NCBI GenBank assembly: GCA_963698395.1 | Contig: CAVOQQ010000001.1 | Coordinates: 68,754 to 132,753 of the forward strand | Source: an uncultured Acidimicrobiales bacterium | GTDB taxonomy: Bacteria > Actinomycetota > Acidimicrobiia > Acidimicrobiales > SZUA-35 | Direction of reading: 5' to 3' | Length of the DNA: 64,000 nucleotides | In this document: in pieces, positions 47,029-56,143 of the stretch | Layout of the letters: every line of letters starts with the position of its first letter | Numbering within the stretch: position 1 is the stretch's first letter | The notes under the pieces: model-generated | What the model was told of the DNA's origin: nothing | Seen by the model: the letters and a program-made list of their open reading frames with translations, nothing else | The model's database searches: none | Made by a program: the position numbers and the translations under genes

Positions 47029-47679
47029 TCAGTTCGGCGGATTGGCGAGGAGAGCTCGAGCCATGATGTCGGCGAGCCACACCCGGTAGTCCGTCAACGA
47101 CCAGTTGCTGTCGCGAACCAGCCGCTGGTAGACGTCAGGGCTGTTGAGGGTCCAGAGAATGTCGACGGCGTTTTCGGTTGTGAGGTCGTGGCGGAGACCG
47201 TCGATTGCAGCGATGCCGTTGATGACGCTCGTGGCGCCGGTGCGTCGTCGTTGTTCGGTGGTTGCCGCGAGAGGGGCGAGGTCGGGGTCGGCGGTGGCCG
47301 CGGCTCGAACGACGTGGAAGATGTCGCCTGCCCGTTGATAGATGCCGGCGACCGCGTTGGCGTAGGCGTCGAGCCGTTGTGAGGGGTCCGGGTGATTGAA
47401 GACGTCGTGCATCCAGTCGCGGTCGTTCACCGCGATCGCTTCGTCGTCTCCCGCGATGGTCGTGTCGAGTACTTCGGCAAGGAGCGCAGGCTTGTTGCCG
47501 AAGGTTGCGTAAATGGTTTGGACCGAGACGCCGGCCTCGTCCGCGATCTGTTGGAGGCTGGTTGCGCCATACCCGGCCATGACGAAGAGGTTCTCTGCTG
47601 CGGCCAGCACGGAGCGACGGGTCTGCCGGGCCTGGTCTTGGCGGCGGGCTGATGTGTACGTCCTCTTGACTTTCGCCAT
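47029..47679 (-). CDS. TetR-family regulator
   Basis: ATG 47679. MAKVKRTYTSARRQDQARQTRRSVLAAAENLFVMAGYGATSLQQIADEAGVSVQTIYATFGNK. Confidence 0.8.
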   Translation of the reverse strand: MAKVKRTYTSARRQDQARQTRRSVLAAAENLFVMAGYGATSLQQIADEAGVSVQTIYATFGNKPALLAEVLDTTIAGDDEAIAVNDRDWMHDVFNHPDPSQRLDAYANAVAGIYQRAGDIFHVVRAAATADPDLAPLAATTEQRRRTGATSVINGIAAIDGLRHDLTTENAVDILWTLNSPDVYQRLVRDSNWSLTDYRVWLADIMARALLANPPN

Positions 47680-47686
47680 CGGTGGG

Positions 47687-47723
47687 TAGAGTATCACTCT
47701 ATCCGATAGAGAAATACTCTATC
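47687..47723. promoter_or_regulatory. two tandem 17-bp palindromic sites, candidate TetR operators
   Basis: TAGAGTATCACTCTATC (47687-47703) and TAGAGAAATACTCTATC (47707-47723), in the 57-bp gap between divergent genes. Confidence 0.55.
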
Positions 47724-47736
47724 GAATTGAGGATGG

Positions 47737-48210
47737 GTGGTCATCATGCTGGCTTCTACGACTTCTCGAATCGACCGTGACCGATGGTTTGCCGGCACGC
47801 TGCTGCGGATCATTGCCGACAGGTCAGACACCGACGGTGCGCTGACGGTGATGGAACAACGCGCCGGTCGAGGCTTCTCGCCGCCACTCCACGTGCATCA
47901 CCGGGAAGACACCGCGCTGTTGCTTCTCGAGGGCGAGCTCGCCGTCGTGACCGGCGGCCTCGAGACGGCACTCGCAGCGGGCGGTTTCGTATGGCTCCCA
48001 CGAGACGTGCCACACAGCTTTCGTGTGGACAGCGACAAGGCCCACTTTCTCGAGTTCGCCACTCCGGGGGGCGTGGAAGGTTTCCACATCGATGCCAGCG
48101 AACCGGCACCGGTCGCCGAGTTGCCCCCGGTGTCGCCCCTGGACGTGGACCGACTCCTGGCAGCCGTCGGTCCGTATGGCGTCGACATCGTCGGTCCGCC
48201 GATGAGCTGA
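47737..48210 (+). CDS. cupin-domain protein
   Basis: 157 aa with GFSPPLHVHHREDTALLLLEGEL. ATG 47746 is an alternative start. Confidence 0.7.
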   Translation: MVIMLASTTSRIDRDRWFAGTLLRIIADRSDTDGALTVMEQRAGRGFSPPLHVHHREDTALLLLEGELAVVTGGLETALAAGGFVWLPRDVPHSFRVDSDKAHFLEFATPGGVEGFHIDASEPAPVAELPPVSPLDVDRLLAAVGPYGVDIVGPPMS

Positions 48211-48218
48211 GCGTGTCA

Positions 48219-48286
48219 GGAGCGGGGAGAGGCTTGTCGATTCACAACCCGAGGGGCCGCAGGGTTCGAATCCTGTCGCGCCACCA
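48219..48286 (+). other. tRNA-like 3' fragment (T-arm + acceptor + CCA-like end), not a foldable full tRNA
   Basis: GCAGG(G)TTCGAATCCTGT CGCGCC A CCA. The upstream GGAGCGG could pair with TCGCGCC. The element is only 68 nt, and I could fold neither a D-arm nor an anticodon arm. Confidence 0.35.
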
Positions 48287-48299
48287 AGTCCAGAGGTCA

Positions 48300-48335
48300 G
48301 AAGGGTCGCATGCCGGTGCGGCCCTTCGTTTGCTT
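48300..48335 (+). terminator. intrinsic terminator-like hairpin
   Basis: GAAGGGTCGCA-tgccgg-TGCGGCCCTTC (11-12 bp stem including one G-U pair), followed by GTTTGCTT. Confidence 0.5.
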
Positions 48336-48372
48336 CCAGCACGGAAATGCCGGTCCATGACCGGGTGAACGG

Positions 48373-48960
48373 CTATGTCCGGACGGTCTGCTGGGCAGCC
48401 GCGCTGGCCGACGGTCGGGGGATGGTTCCTCGGCTCGTTCGCTCGGCGAGGAGTCGGTAGACGGTGAGGAACACGACGACCGCGGCGGCGAGGGTGTTGG
48501 CGGCCCAGTACGCCGGGTGGGTGGCATCGGTGCCGGCGGTGATGCCGTGGAGCGTGGCGATCCAGAAGAGCGGGTAGCTGATGAGGTGGATGTTGCGCCA
48601 GGTCTTGCGTGGCAGTCGTTTCATGGCGAGCGAGGTGCCTTCGACCGCAGCGAGGAGGTAGAAGCCGATCACGCCAAGAGCGACGGGGGCCGGTTTCCAG
48701 TCGGACGCAAAGGGGATGAAGAGGTCGGCAACGCTGAACTCGATGTAGCTGTCGGCCACGAGCGCCACGAGGTGCAGTCCGGTGAAGGCGAGCGCAAGTC
48801 CTCCGAGGTGACGGTGGAGGTCGAGGAGCCATTTGGGGGTGGGTCCGCCCTTGAGCAGGCGGGTGGCGAAGAGCAGTCCCCAGATCATCGATGCGGTCAG
48901 GAGAGCCCAGGCGACGATGCCCGATGATCGGGCGAGGTACCACCAGAACTGGGGGTTCAT
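48373..48960 (-). CDS. ferric-reductase-like (MsrQ-like) transmembrane protein
   Basis: ATG 48960 (4-nt overlap with the apbE stop). 196 aa, 6 TM, with LDLHRHLGGLALAFTGLH and NIHLISYPLFWIATLHG. The first 82 aa of the listed ORF are discounted. Confidence 0.75.
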   Translation of the reverse strand: MNPQFWWYLARSSGIVAWALLTASMIWGLLFATRLLKGGPTPKWLLDLHRHLGGLALAFTGLHLVALVADSYIEFSVADLFIPFASDWKPAPVALGVIGFYLLAAVEGTSLAMKRLPRKTWRNIHLISYPLFWIATLHGITAGTDATHPAYWAANTLAAAVVVFLTVYRLLAERTSRGTIPRPSASAAAQQTVRT

Positions 48961-49865
48961 TTGAGTGCCACCTTCAGGTCGGGGGTCGTGTGGCGGTTGC
49001 CGTCGAGGTCGATGATGATGCCGGAGGCGTTGGTGAGTTGATCGAGGCCGTTCGCAACGCCTGCGGTGAACACGGCTTTGGTGAGTGCCTCGGCCCACCA
49101 CGCTTCGCCGGCGACGACGGTGACCGCAGCGATGTCGTTGTCGATCGGCCGGCCGGTGTCGGGGTCGAGGAGGTGGTGCAGGGTGTCGCCATCGGTGCTG
49201 GTCCATTGGCGTTGGAGGCGGCTGCTGGTGGCGACGGCTCCGGCGGGGATCTCGACGCGGAGGAGTTCTCGCTCTTGGGCGAAGGGGTCGGCGACGGTGA
49301 TGCTCCAGCCAGTTGCTTCGTCGGGAGGGGTCCCGGCCACCCGGATGTCCCCACCGAGGTTGACCATGGCGCCGGTCGCGCCCCGGGAGAGCAGTTCTTC
49401 GACGAGCAGGTCGGCGGCGAGGCCTTTGCCGATCCCGCCAGGGTCGATGCCCATGCCCGATGGCAAGGTCACGGCGTTGAGCCCGGGATTGAGGTCGATC
49501 GCAGCGACGCTTCCGCCACGAGGTGTCGTGATGGTTCGTGATGGCTGTTCGATGGTGGTGAAGCTGCGGTCGTAGCCGAGCGACGTGAGGCTGTGGAGCA
49601 GGGTCGGGTCATAACGGCCTCCGGTCCGCTTCCATGCAGTGACGGCATGCTCGATGAGCCGGTAGGTATCGGGGGAGACCATGACCGGATGGCCGGCGGA
49701 CTCGTTGAGCCGGGAGAGCTCGCTGTCGGGTGAGAACCGGGTCCATCGGGCTTCGAGTTGGGTGAGCCTGGCGCGGGCCCAATCGAGGTCGGCCCTGGCG
49801 TTGGCGCTGACGACGAGGAGATGGGCGGTGGAGCCCATGGCGTGGAACGTGGTTTCAGCTTGCAT
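48957..49865 (-). CDS. apbE: FAD:protein FMN transferase (ApbE family)
   Basis: Intact 302 aa with SPDSELSRLN and IDPGGIGKGLAAD. Confidence 0.85.
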   Translation of the reverse strand: MQAETTFHAMGSTAHLLVVSANARADLDWARARLTQLEARWTRFSPDSELSRLNESAGHPVMVSPDTYRLIEHAVTAWKRTGGRYDPTLLHSLTSLGYDRSFTTIEQPSRTITTPRGGSVAAIDLNPGLNAVTLPSGMGIDPGGIGKGLAADLLVEELLSRGATGAMVNLGGDIRVAGTPPDEATGWSITVADPFAQERELLRVEIPAGAVATSSRLQRQWTSTDGDTLHHLLDPDTGRPIDNDIAAVTVVAGEAWWAEALTKAVFTAGVANGLDQLTNASGIIIDLDGNRHTTPDLKVALK

Positions 49866-50145
49866 GGCTGGTCGTCATTGCAGGCTGATCGGTGGCGGCG
49901 ACCGTGACGGCGGTGGGTGCGTCGATGGCACGGTTGGCGACCTGGGTCGCTGAGGATTCGATGTCGGGAACGTCGGGGGTGGCCATGGCCGTGGCGAGGC
50001 CCAGGGTTGCGGCGATGCTGAGCCCGGTGACCAAGATTCGGCTCGCTGCAGCTGGGTGGCTCCGCTGACGCGCGGTCGACGAGTCGGTGGAACGCCGAAC
50101 GGCTGCCGTCTTTCGGCGTACCGGCCTGGCGTGGGGGTCAGTCAT
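49855..50145 (-). CDS. small secreted/membrane-anchored protein
   Basis: ATG 50145. MTDPHARPVRRKTAAVRR..ILVTGLSIAATLGLATAMA is signal-peptide-like. 96 aa; overlaps the apbE start by 11 nt. Confidence 0.45.
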   Translation of the reverse strand: MTDPHARPVRRKTAAVRRSTDSSTARQRSHPAAASRILVTGLSIAATLGLATAMATPDVPDIESSATQVANRAIDAPTAVTVAATDQPAMTTSHAS

Positions 50146-50532
50146 CGTGGTCGTAGCCCTCGTACTCGTGGCTCTCGTCCTCGTCGTCTCGTCGTCCTCA
50201 GACTCGTAGTTGTCCTCAGACTCGTCGTCGTGGGACTCGTATCGATCGTCGGATTCGTAGGAGTCGTCGGACGGGTGAGCGGAGGAGTCGGTGATGGTGC
50301 TTGCCGAGGAGGTGGTGACGGCCGGATTGTCGCTTGTGGCGATCGTGATGGGACCGGGGACCTCGACGCTGGTGGTGGTTTCCCCGGCGGTGACCATGGT
50401 CGGGTTGAGGGTGCCGACGCCGTCGTTGCGGCTGGTGTCGAGGATCCCTCCGTTGAGAGCCATGGCGGCGCTGGCGCTGACCATGGTGGCGGCGACGGCA
50501 GCCGAAGTGATGAGGGCTTTGCGGGGTTTCAT
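50138..50532 (-). pseudogene. secreted protein with highly acidic C-terminus, one frameshift
   Basis: ATG 50532 behind AAGGAG. MKPRKALITSAAVAATMVSASAAMA, a Thr/Ser-rich region, then SDDSYESDDRYESHDDESEDNYESEDDE. The tail DDEDESHEYEGYDHDD* is in another frame (shift near 50190). Confidence 0.5.
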
Positions 50533-50611
50533 TGCGGTCTCCTTGAAGACGTGCTCTTGGGGGTTGTCTTCAAGATACGCAGGGGTGTTCCAGCGGGATC
50601 CCAGCGAAGAG

Positions 50612-51433
50612 TTAGGGGAGAGTAAAGGTTCGCCGGGCTGCTGACCCGGCGGCGGCAACTCCTCGTTCTGGGCGTCGGCGGTGTCCGCCGTCGGGAGACG
50701 GATCGATGCGTCGACGCCACCGCCGGGCCGGTCGCCAAGTGTGGCGTGGCCGCCGCTCTCGGCTGCGAGTTCTGCCACGATCGCCAGCCCGAGGCCAGAT
50801 CCTTTGGCGCGGTTGCCCGGCGCCCGCCAGAACCGGTCGAAGGCCCGCTGACGGGCATCGGCGTCGAGACCCGGACCTTGATCGATGACGTGGAGGGTCA
50901 GCCAGGATGCCGTGTGGTCGACGGTGAGGGAGATGGTGCTGCTCGGCGGAGCGGCATTCAGCAGCGTTGGAGATGAGGTTGTCCAGGATCTGTTCCAGTG
51001 CACCCGGGATCGCCAGAACCGACCCGTGAGCATCGCCACCGACGGTCACCGTCACGCCCTTTCCTGCGGCTTGTGGTGCCACAGGCGAGCGGTCGCAAGA
51101 GTCGGTGACGAAGGCTCGTTGGGCGGTGAGGATCTCGGGTCTCGACGAGAAGGCGCTTGTCTGGTCGGTGTCGGTGTCGTAGACGCTCAGGCCGTCGTTG
51201 TCGACCACGACGATGCCGCCGTCGCCCGTTGCGTACCCGTCGAGAACTTGATCGAGTTCTGGGAAGATCCCGGCTTCGAGCGCGTCTTCGGCCAGGCCGG
51301 CCACCACGGTGGCGTCGCGTTCGATGTCGAACAACAGCCGGTCTCGTTCGCGGGACGCGAACGTCTGTCCGAGCGGGATCACCAGGCCAACCAGAGTGAT
51401 GGCCAGGTAGGTGAGAACGAGGCGGCGGGTCAT
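50612..51433 (-). pseudogene. degenerate sensor histidine kinase (no H-box His, internal deletion, frameshift)
   Basis: ATG 51433 MTRRLVLTYLAITLVGLVIPLG (TM). AFVTDSCDRSPV sits where F.ad.SHELR.P is expected. It is followed almost at once by GALEQILDNLISNA, then LTLHVIDQGPGLD..GSGLGLAIV in a second frame (shift near 50960). The stop is ambiguous. Confidence 0.6.
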
Positions 51434-51560
51434 GGCGTCGGGTCGAGTCGGAAGCCGACCCCGCGGATGTCGGTGATCCACTCGGGGCGTGCGAGTTTCG
51501 CCTTCGATCTGTTTCCCTTACGACACCGGCATGCGAAGGCCGCGATTGTTCATCGATGAA
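51430..51560 (-). pseudogene. OmpR-type response-regulator C-terminal remnant
   Basis: RSKAKLARPEWITDIRGVGFRLDPTP*; the TGA overlaps the kinase ATG. No receiver domain lies upstream. Confidence 0.35.
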
Positions 51561-51705
51561 GGCGGAGGTGAAGCCCTGTCGGGTGGTGCCGATGCGGTCG
51601 CTCCGGTGCCTTCATCGGAGCTTCATCATCGCAACGGCGGGGCCTTCATCGGGCTGGATTCCAATGGAGGAGAAGAAGGAATCCACTCGACGGAAGGAAC
51701 TCGTC

Positions 51706-52122
51706 ATGAAGAACAAGACGCTTCTCAGCCTCGGCTTGGCCATCGCGATGGTCGTCTCCACCGGGGCGGCCGTTGCCGCAGCTCAAGACGATGCCACGAC
51801 ATCCAGCTCGACCACGGTCCAGGTCGTGGACCAGGACCGCGATCAGATCCGTGACTGTGATCTCTACGACGGCACCGCAGATCAAACCCGTGACCGGAAC
51901 CGTGACCGCGACCTCGCAGCCACGATCACCGACGCAGTGCAGGTCCGCGAACGTGTTCAGGCCCATCGGCACCGCACTGACACCGACCCTGCCTTCGGGC
52001 AAGGCAATGCCGCCGGGGCTGCCAACGGCGGCTACGGCGACGGTGTCGGTGATGGGACCGGTGCCCTCCATGAGGGCCCGGCCGATGGCACCGGTAGCCA
52101 GTTCGGCCGCAGCGGCCGCTGA
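51706..52122 (+). CDS. secreted Asp/Arg/Gly-rich protein
   Basis: ATG 51706 behind GGAAGGA. MKNKTLLSLGLAIAMVVSTGAAVAAA is a signal peptide. No family recalled. Confidence 0.55.
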   Translation: MKNKTLLSLGLAIAMVVSTGAAVAAAQDDATTSSSTTVQVVDQDRDQIRDCDLYDGTADQTRDRNRDRDLAATITDAVQVRERVQAHRHRTDTDPAFGQGNAAGAANGGYGDGVGDGTGALHEGPADGTGSQFGRSGR

Positions 52123-52340
52123 AAGACTGAGCGCAGTGACGCTGCCGGGGCCCAGCGACATGCTGGGCCCCGGCGGTCGTTCCCAGCCTCGGGCAGTACC
52201 TCGCCGCATCCCGATGTCGGTGACGAAGCGGAATGCCCGGGTAGGGAAGATTGTCGATCCGAAGCTCCTGCCACGTGCACTCGAGTCGGAGCTGAGTCGA
52301 GGCAAGTCGCGCTCGAAACCCGTTCGTCGATGTTGTTGGC

Positions 52341-53348
52341 ATGACAACCCAAATGACATTGACCGAAGCCGAAGCCGAAGCGACGACGACGGTCCGACCG
52401 TCGTCACCGACAAGGGACCACGCGCCCGAGTGGGTGTTGATTGCAGATCGTGGAATGATTGCTCACATGACAGCGAAAGAGTCTTCGTACGTATCCGATG
52501 CCGACGGCACCGTCGTCGCGACCTCGGCATGGATCGACGTCGCTGGTGATCCCATCGGTGTAGTCCAGATCGCTCACGGCCTGGCCGAGCATGCTGCACG
52601 ATATGAGCGGTTCGCTTTGGCGTTGAACCAGGCGGGGTTCCTCGTCTACGCCGTCGACCATCGTGGCCACGGCCGCACCAGCCGAGACAGCCTGGGTGAT
52701 TTCGGTGAGGCCGGCTTCTCGGGGTTGATCGCCGATGTGGCCCAGTACGGGTCGGCCCTGGCCGCCGACCATCCCGAACTGCCGCTGTTCTTGTTCGGTC
52801 ATTCGATGGGATCGTTCGCTGCTCAGGCGGTGATTGCCGAGCATTCGGCGCAGTACGCCGGTGTGGTGTTGTCCGGTACGAGCGCGATGGACGTGCTCGC
52901 TGCCGGCATGGCCGACGCCGATCCCGATGCGCCTGCCGGGCTCGAGGCGTTCAACGTCGGTTTCGAGTACCGCACGGGGTACGAGTGGCTCTCGAGGGAC
53001 GAGTCCGAGGTGGATGCGTACGTGGCCGATCCTTGGTGCGGTTTCGACCTGCCTGACGAGACCGTGCCGATGCTGTTCGAACCAGCGGCCCGCTTGGCCG
53101 ATCCCGAGGTACTCGCCGGGATCCGCAGTGATCTGCCGATCCTGATCACATCGGGCACTGCCGATCCGCTGGCCGGTGGGGGAGCGTTGATCGAAGTGTT
53201 GGCCCAGCGTTACCGCGACGCCGGCATCGCCGATGTCTCGGTCAAGCTCTATCCCGACGCCCGTCACGAGATCCTGAACGAGACCAACCGTGACGAGGTC
53301 ACCACCGATCTGGTCGATTGGTTGAAGAGCCGAGCCTCAGCCGGCTGA
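52341..53348 (+). CDS. alpha/beta hydrolase (monoacylglycerol-lipase / lysophospholipase-like)
   Basis: VQIAHGLAEHAARYERF, VDHRGHGRT and GHSMGS. ATG 52467 is a likelier start. Confidence 0.8.
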   Translation: MTTQMTLTEAEAEATTTVRPSSPTRDHAPEWVLIADRGMIAHMTAKESSYVSDADGTVVATSAWIDVAGDPIGVVQIAHGLAEHAARYERFALALNQAGFLVYAVDHRGHGRTSRDSLGDFGEAGFSGLIADVAQYGSALAADHPELPLFLFGHSMGSFAAQAVIAEHSAQYAGVVLSGTSAMDVLAAGMADADPDAPAGLEAFNVGFEYRTGYEWLSRDESEVDAYVADPWCGFDLPDETVPMLFEPAARLADPEVLAGIRSDLPILITSGTADPLAGGGALIEVLAQRYRDAGIADVSVKLYPDARHEILNETNRDEVTTDLVDWLKSRASAG

Positions 53349-53403
53349 CCCATCGTGCCGTACGAGCGTTCGGCGCTATTGCGACGCCGGCATCGCCGAT
53401 GTC

Positions 53404-55776
53404 TCAGGCACGGTCGATCGTGTCGATCACGACGACATCGTCGGTGGTCAGGGTTTGCTCCCGGCCGTGGATGACGACCTCGATCGGGTCGCCCTCGGTG
53501 ATCCAGTACTGCTCGCTGTCTTGGGTGAGTCGCACACGGATCTGGCGGTCGTGGAACCGTAGCGAGAAGCCGAGCGAGCGGAATCGTTGCGGCAAGTGGG
53601 GGTCGATCGTGAGCCTTCCGTCGAAGTCGCGCACTCCGCCGAACCCGAACACCAGGCCCATCCAGCCGCCCGCCGACGAGGCGATGTGGACCCCTGACGA
53701 CATGTTTCCTGCGACGTCGGCCAGGTCCATCATGAGGGCGAAGTCGAGGTAGCGACATGCCGACTGCTCGTCGCCGATCTCCGATGCGACGATGCTCTGG
53801 ATGCTGGCCGACAGGGACGAGTCCCCGGTCGTGATCGGGTCGTAGTACTCGAAGTTTCGCCGCTTCAGATCGAGCGTGAACTCGTTGCCGAGCAGGAACA
53901 TGGCCATCACCACGTCGGCCTGCTTCAACACCTGGTGACGGTAGATCGTGAGCGGGTGGGCGTGCAGGAGAAGCGGGAATCGCTCGGGGGGAGTGCGCGA
54001 GAGATCCCATCGCTCGCGAGTGAGGAAGGTCGCGTCCTGCGGAGTGATGCCGCGGGTCGGATCATACGGAATGTGCATGTGATCGGCGGCTTGCACCCAC
54101 TCGTCGAGCTCGGACGATTCCAGCTCGAGCTCCTTGGCGATGCCGTCGTAGACCGCGGGCCGCTCAGCTTCGAGGGATCGCAATGTCGCCGCGGCGTAGT
54201 GCAGGTTCATCCGGGCCATCAGGTTCGTGTAGGCATTGTCGTCGACCATGGTCGTGTACTCGTCTGGCCCGGTGACGCCGTGGATGTGGAAGTCGCCGTC
54301 TTCGGCGTAGAAGCCGAGATCGGCCCACATGCGCGCCGTCTCGACCAGGATCTCGGCACCGGTCTCGGCGATGAAACCGGTGTCGCCTCGCACGTCGATG
54401 TAGCGCCGGATCGCGTACGCGATGTCGGCGTTGAGGTGGAACTGTGCGGTGCCGGCCTGGAAGTACGCCGAGGCCTCATCGCCGCGGATCGTTCGCCATG
54501 GAAAGAGTGCGCCCCGGAGATCGAGCTCGCGCGCTCGCTCTCGTGCGCTGGGCAGCATGCTGTGACGAAAGCGGAGCAGGTTCCGTGCGATTCTGGGCTG
54601 GGTGTAGGCGAGGAAGGGCAGGACCCATGCCTCGGTATCCCAGAAGTAGTGGCCGTCGTACGCATCGCCGGTCAGCCCCTTGGCCGGGATCCCCGCCCCC
54701 TCGGCCCGCCACGACGCCTGAGCGAGATGGAACAGGTTCCAGCGGATTGCCTGCTGCATGCGCACCGGATGGGTGGCGGTGTCCTCGATCGTCACGTCGG
54801 CGCGATCCCAGAATTGATCGAGGCAATGGCGTTGCTCGGCGACGAGTGAGTCGAAGCCGACGGCGGTGACACGATCGAGGGTGAAGCGGCATCGTCGTGC
54901 GAGGTCGGGAACGGCGACGCTGCGAGAGGTGTGGTACGCCGCGTACTTCTCGAGATGAATCGGCACACCAGGTTCGGCATCGACGGCGATGACGACCTCC
55001 GACACATCGGGGTCGACATCGACGGAAACACGATGGGGGCTGGCAATGTCGAGCACATGATCAATGCCGACGGCGAGCGTCATACCGCTCGACACCGTCT
55101 GGTACCCGAGCACGATCCGATCGGCGTCACCCTCGGTGAGGCGTGCTTCGAGCACGCGTCGCCCGAGGCGCGTGCCGAGGCGGGGATCGGCGTGGTCGCC
55201 ATCCGTGTTGGGCTCGACGTCGACGGGGTTTGCCCGGTTCACGATGCGAGAGCGGATCGTCACCGGCGCTCGGCGGTCGATCGTCACGTCGTAGGAGATG
55301 GCGACCACGTGACGGTGCTCGAACGACACCAGCCGGGTGCTGCGTACTCGGGCATGCTTGCCCGAAGGCGTCGTCCAGAGCAGGTCCCGGGTCAGCAACC
55401 CATTGCGCATGTCGAGGACCCGGAGATACTCGGGGGTTCGTGCGGTCGGAAGGAACAACGGCTCGTCGTCGACGAACAACTCGATGATCGTCGCATCCGG
55501 CACATTGACGATCGTCTGGCCGACGCGGGCCAGCCCGTAGGCGTCCTCGGCGTGGGCAATCGGCCAGGTCTCGTGGAAGCCGTTGATGAAGGTACCGGGA
55601 GCGAACGAGGGACGTCCCTCGTCCTGGGTGCCGCGGACGCCGAGGTAGCCATTCGCCAGCGCCACTGCGGTCTCGGCCCGAGCGGAGTAGCCGGGTGTCA
55701 ACTGTCTCTCGACGATCCGCCATTCGTCCGGCGGGAACAGATGCTCGGGTGGGATCGTGATCTTTCGTTGCCGCAT
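53404..55776 (-). CDS. glycoside hydrolase family 65 phosphorylase (kojibiose/trehalose/maltose-phosphorylase type)
   Basis: ATG 55776. 790 aa with HYFWDTEAWVLPF, HGVTGPDEYT and KQADVVMAMFLL. The first 167 aa of the listed ORF are discounted. Confidence 0.85.
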   Translation of the reverse strand: MRQRKITIPPEHLFPPDEWRIVERQLTPGYSARAETAVALANGYLGVRGTQDEGRPSFAPGTFINGFHETWPIAHAEDAYGLARVGQTIVNVPDATIIELFVDDEPLFLPTARTPEYLRVLDMRNGLLTRDLLWTTPSGKHARVRSTRLVSFEHRHVVAISYDVTIDRRAPVTIRSRIVNRANPVDVEPNTDGDHADPRLGTRLGRRVLEARLTEGDADRIVLGYQTVSSGMTLAVGIDHVLDIASPHRVSVDVDPDVSEVVIAVDAEPGVPIHLEKYAAYHTSRSVAVPDLARRCRFTLDRVTAVGFDSLVAEQRHCLDQFWDRADVTIEDTATHPVRMQQAIRWNLFHLAQASWRAEGAGIPAKGLTGDAYDGHYFWDTEAWVLPFLAYTQPRIARNLLRFRHSMLPSARERARELDLRGALFPWRTIRGDEASAYFQAGTAQFHLNADIAYAIRRYIDVRGDTGFIAETGAEILVETARMWADLGFYAEDGDFHIHGVTGPDEYTTMVDDNAYTNLMARMNLHYAAATLRSLEAERPAVYDGIAKELELESSELDEWVQAADHMHIPYDPTRGITPQDATFLTRERWDLSRTPPERFPLLLHAHPLTIYRHQVLKQADVVMAMFLLGNEFTLDLKRRNFEYYDPITTGDSSLSASIQSIVASEIGDEQSACRYLDFALMMDLADVAGNMSSGVHIASSAGGWMGLVFGFGGVRDFDGRLTIDPHLPQRFRSLGFSLRFHDRQIRVRLTQDSEQYWITEGDPIEVVIHGREQTLTTDDVVVIDTIDRA

Positions 55777-56143
55777 GCCGAGTCCTGTCGTGTGAGTCAG
55801 GAGAGTCCGCAGGCACTCCTGTCGAGCCCGTCGTCGTTCCACTGCGCTTCCTGCACCCAAGGCTGCTCGAACCGCATGCTGGAGCCCAGAGGACTTGGAC
55901 TCATTGGACCAAGGCATTCGACAGACGGGTTCATCCAGTCGGGCCCTGTTTGCTCGGCCGGCTGCCGCGAAGCCTCCTCCATCGTCTCGTGGGTCAGGCG
56001 ACCCCGAAGTAGCGGGTCGGCCTCTACCAGATTGGCGGCCAGGAGAGAGAGGGGGGATGCCTTGCGCGCTGGGGTGGCTCGGTGATCGCAGCGGCCGTCG
56101 AAGGCGAGGTTGATCGATCAGCGGAACGGTCTCATGGTTGGTC

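Noticed and set aside
48205-48290. Attempt to fold a complete tRNA or tmRNA end.
   Set aside because: No 5-bp/7-nt anticodon stem-loop or D-arm could be built, and the total length is ~68 nt. Kept only as a tRNA-like fragment.
55797-56100. Minus-strand reading ..LLAANLVEADPLLRGRLTHETMEEA.. as a possible HAD / beta-phosphoglucomutase tail upstream of GH65.
   Set aside because: The match is too short and generic, and no HAD motifs I-III are present.
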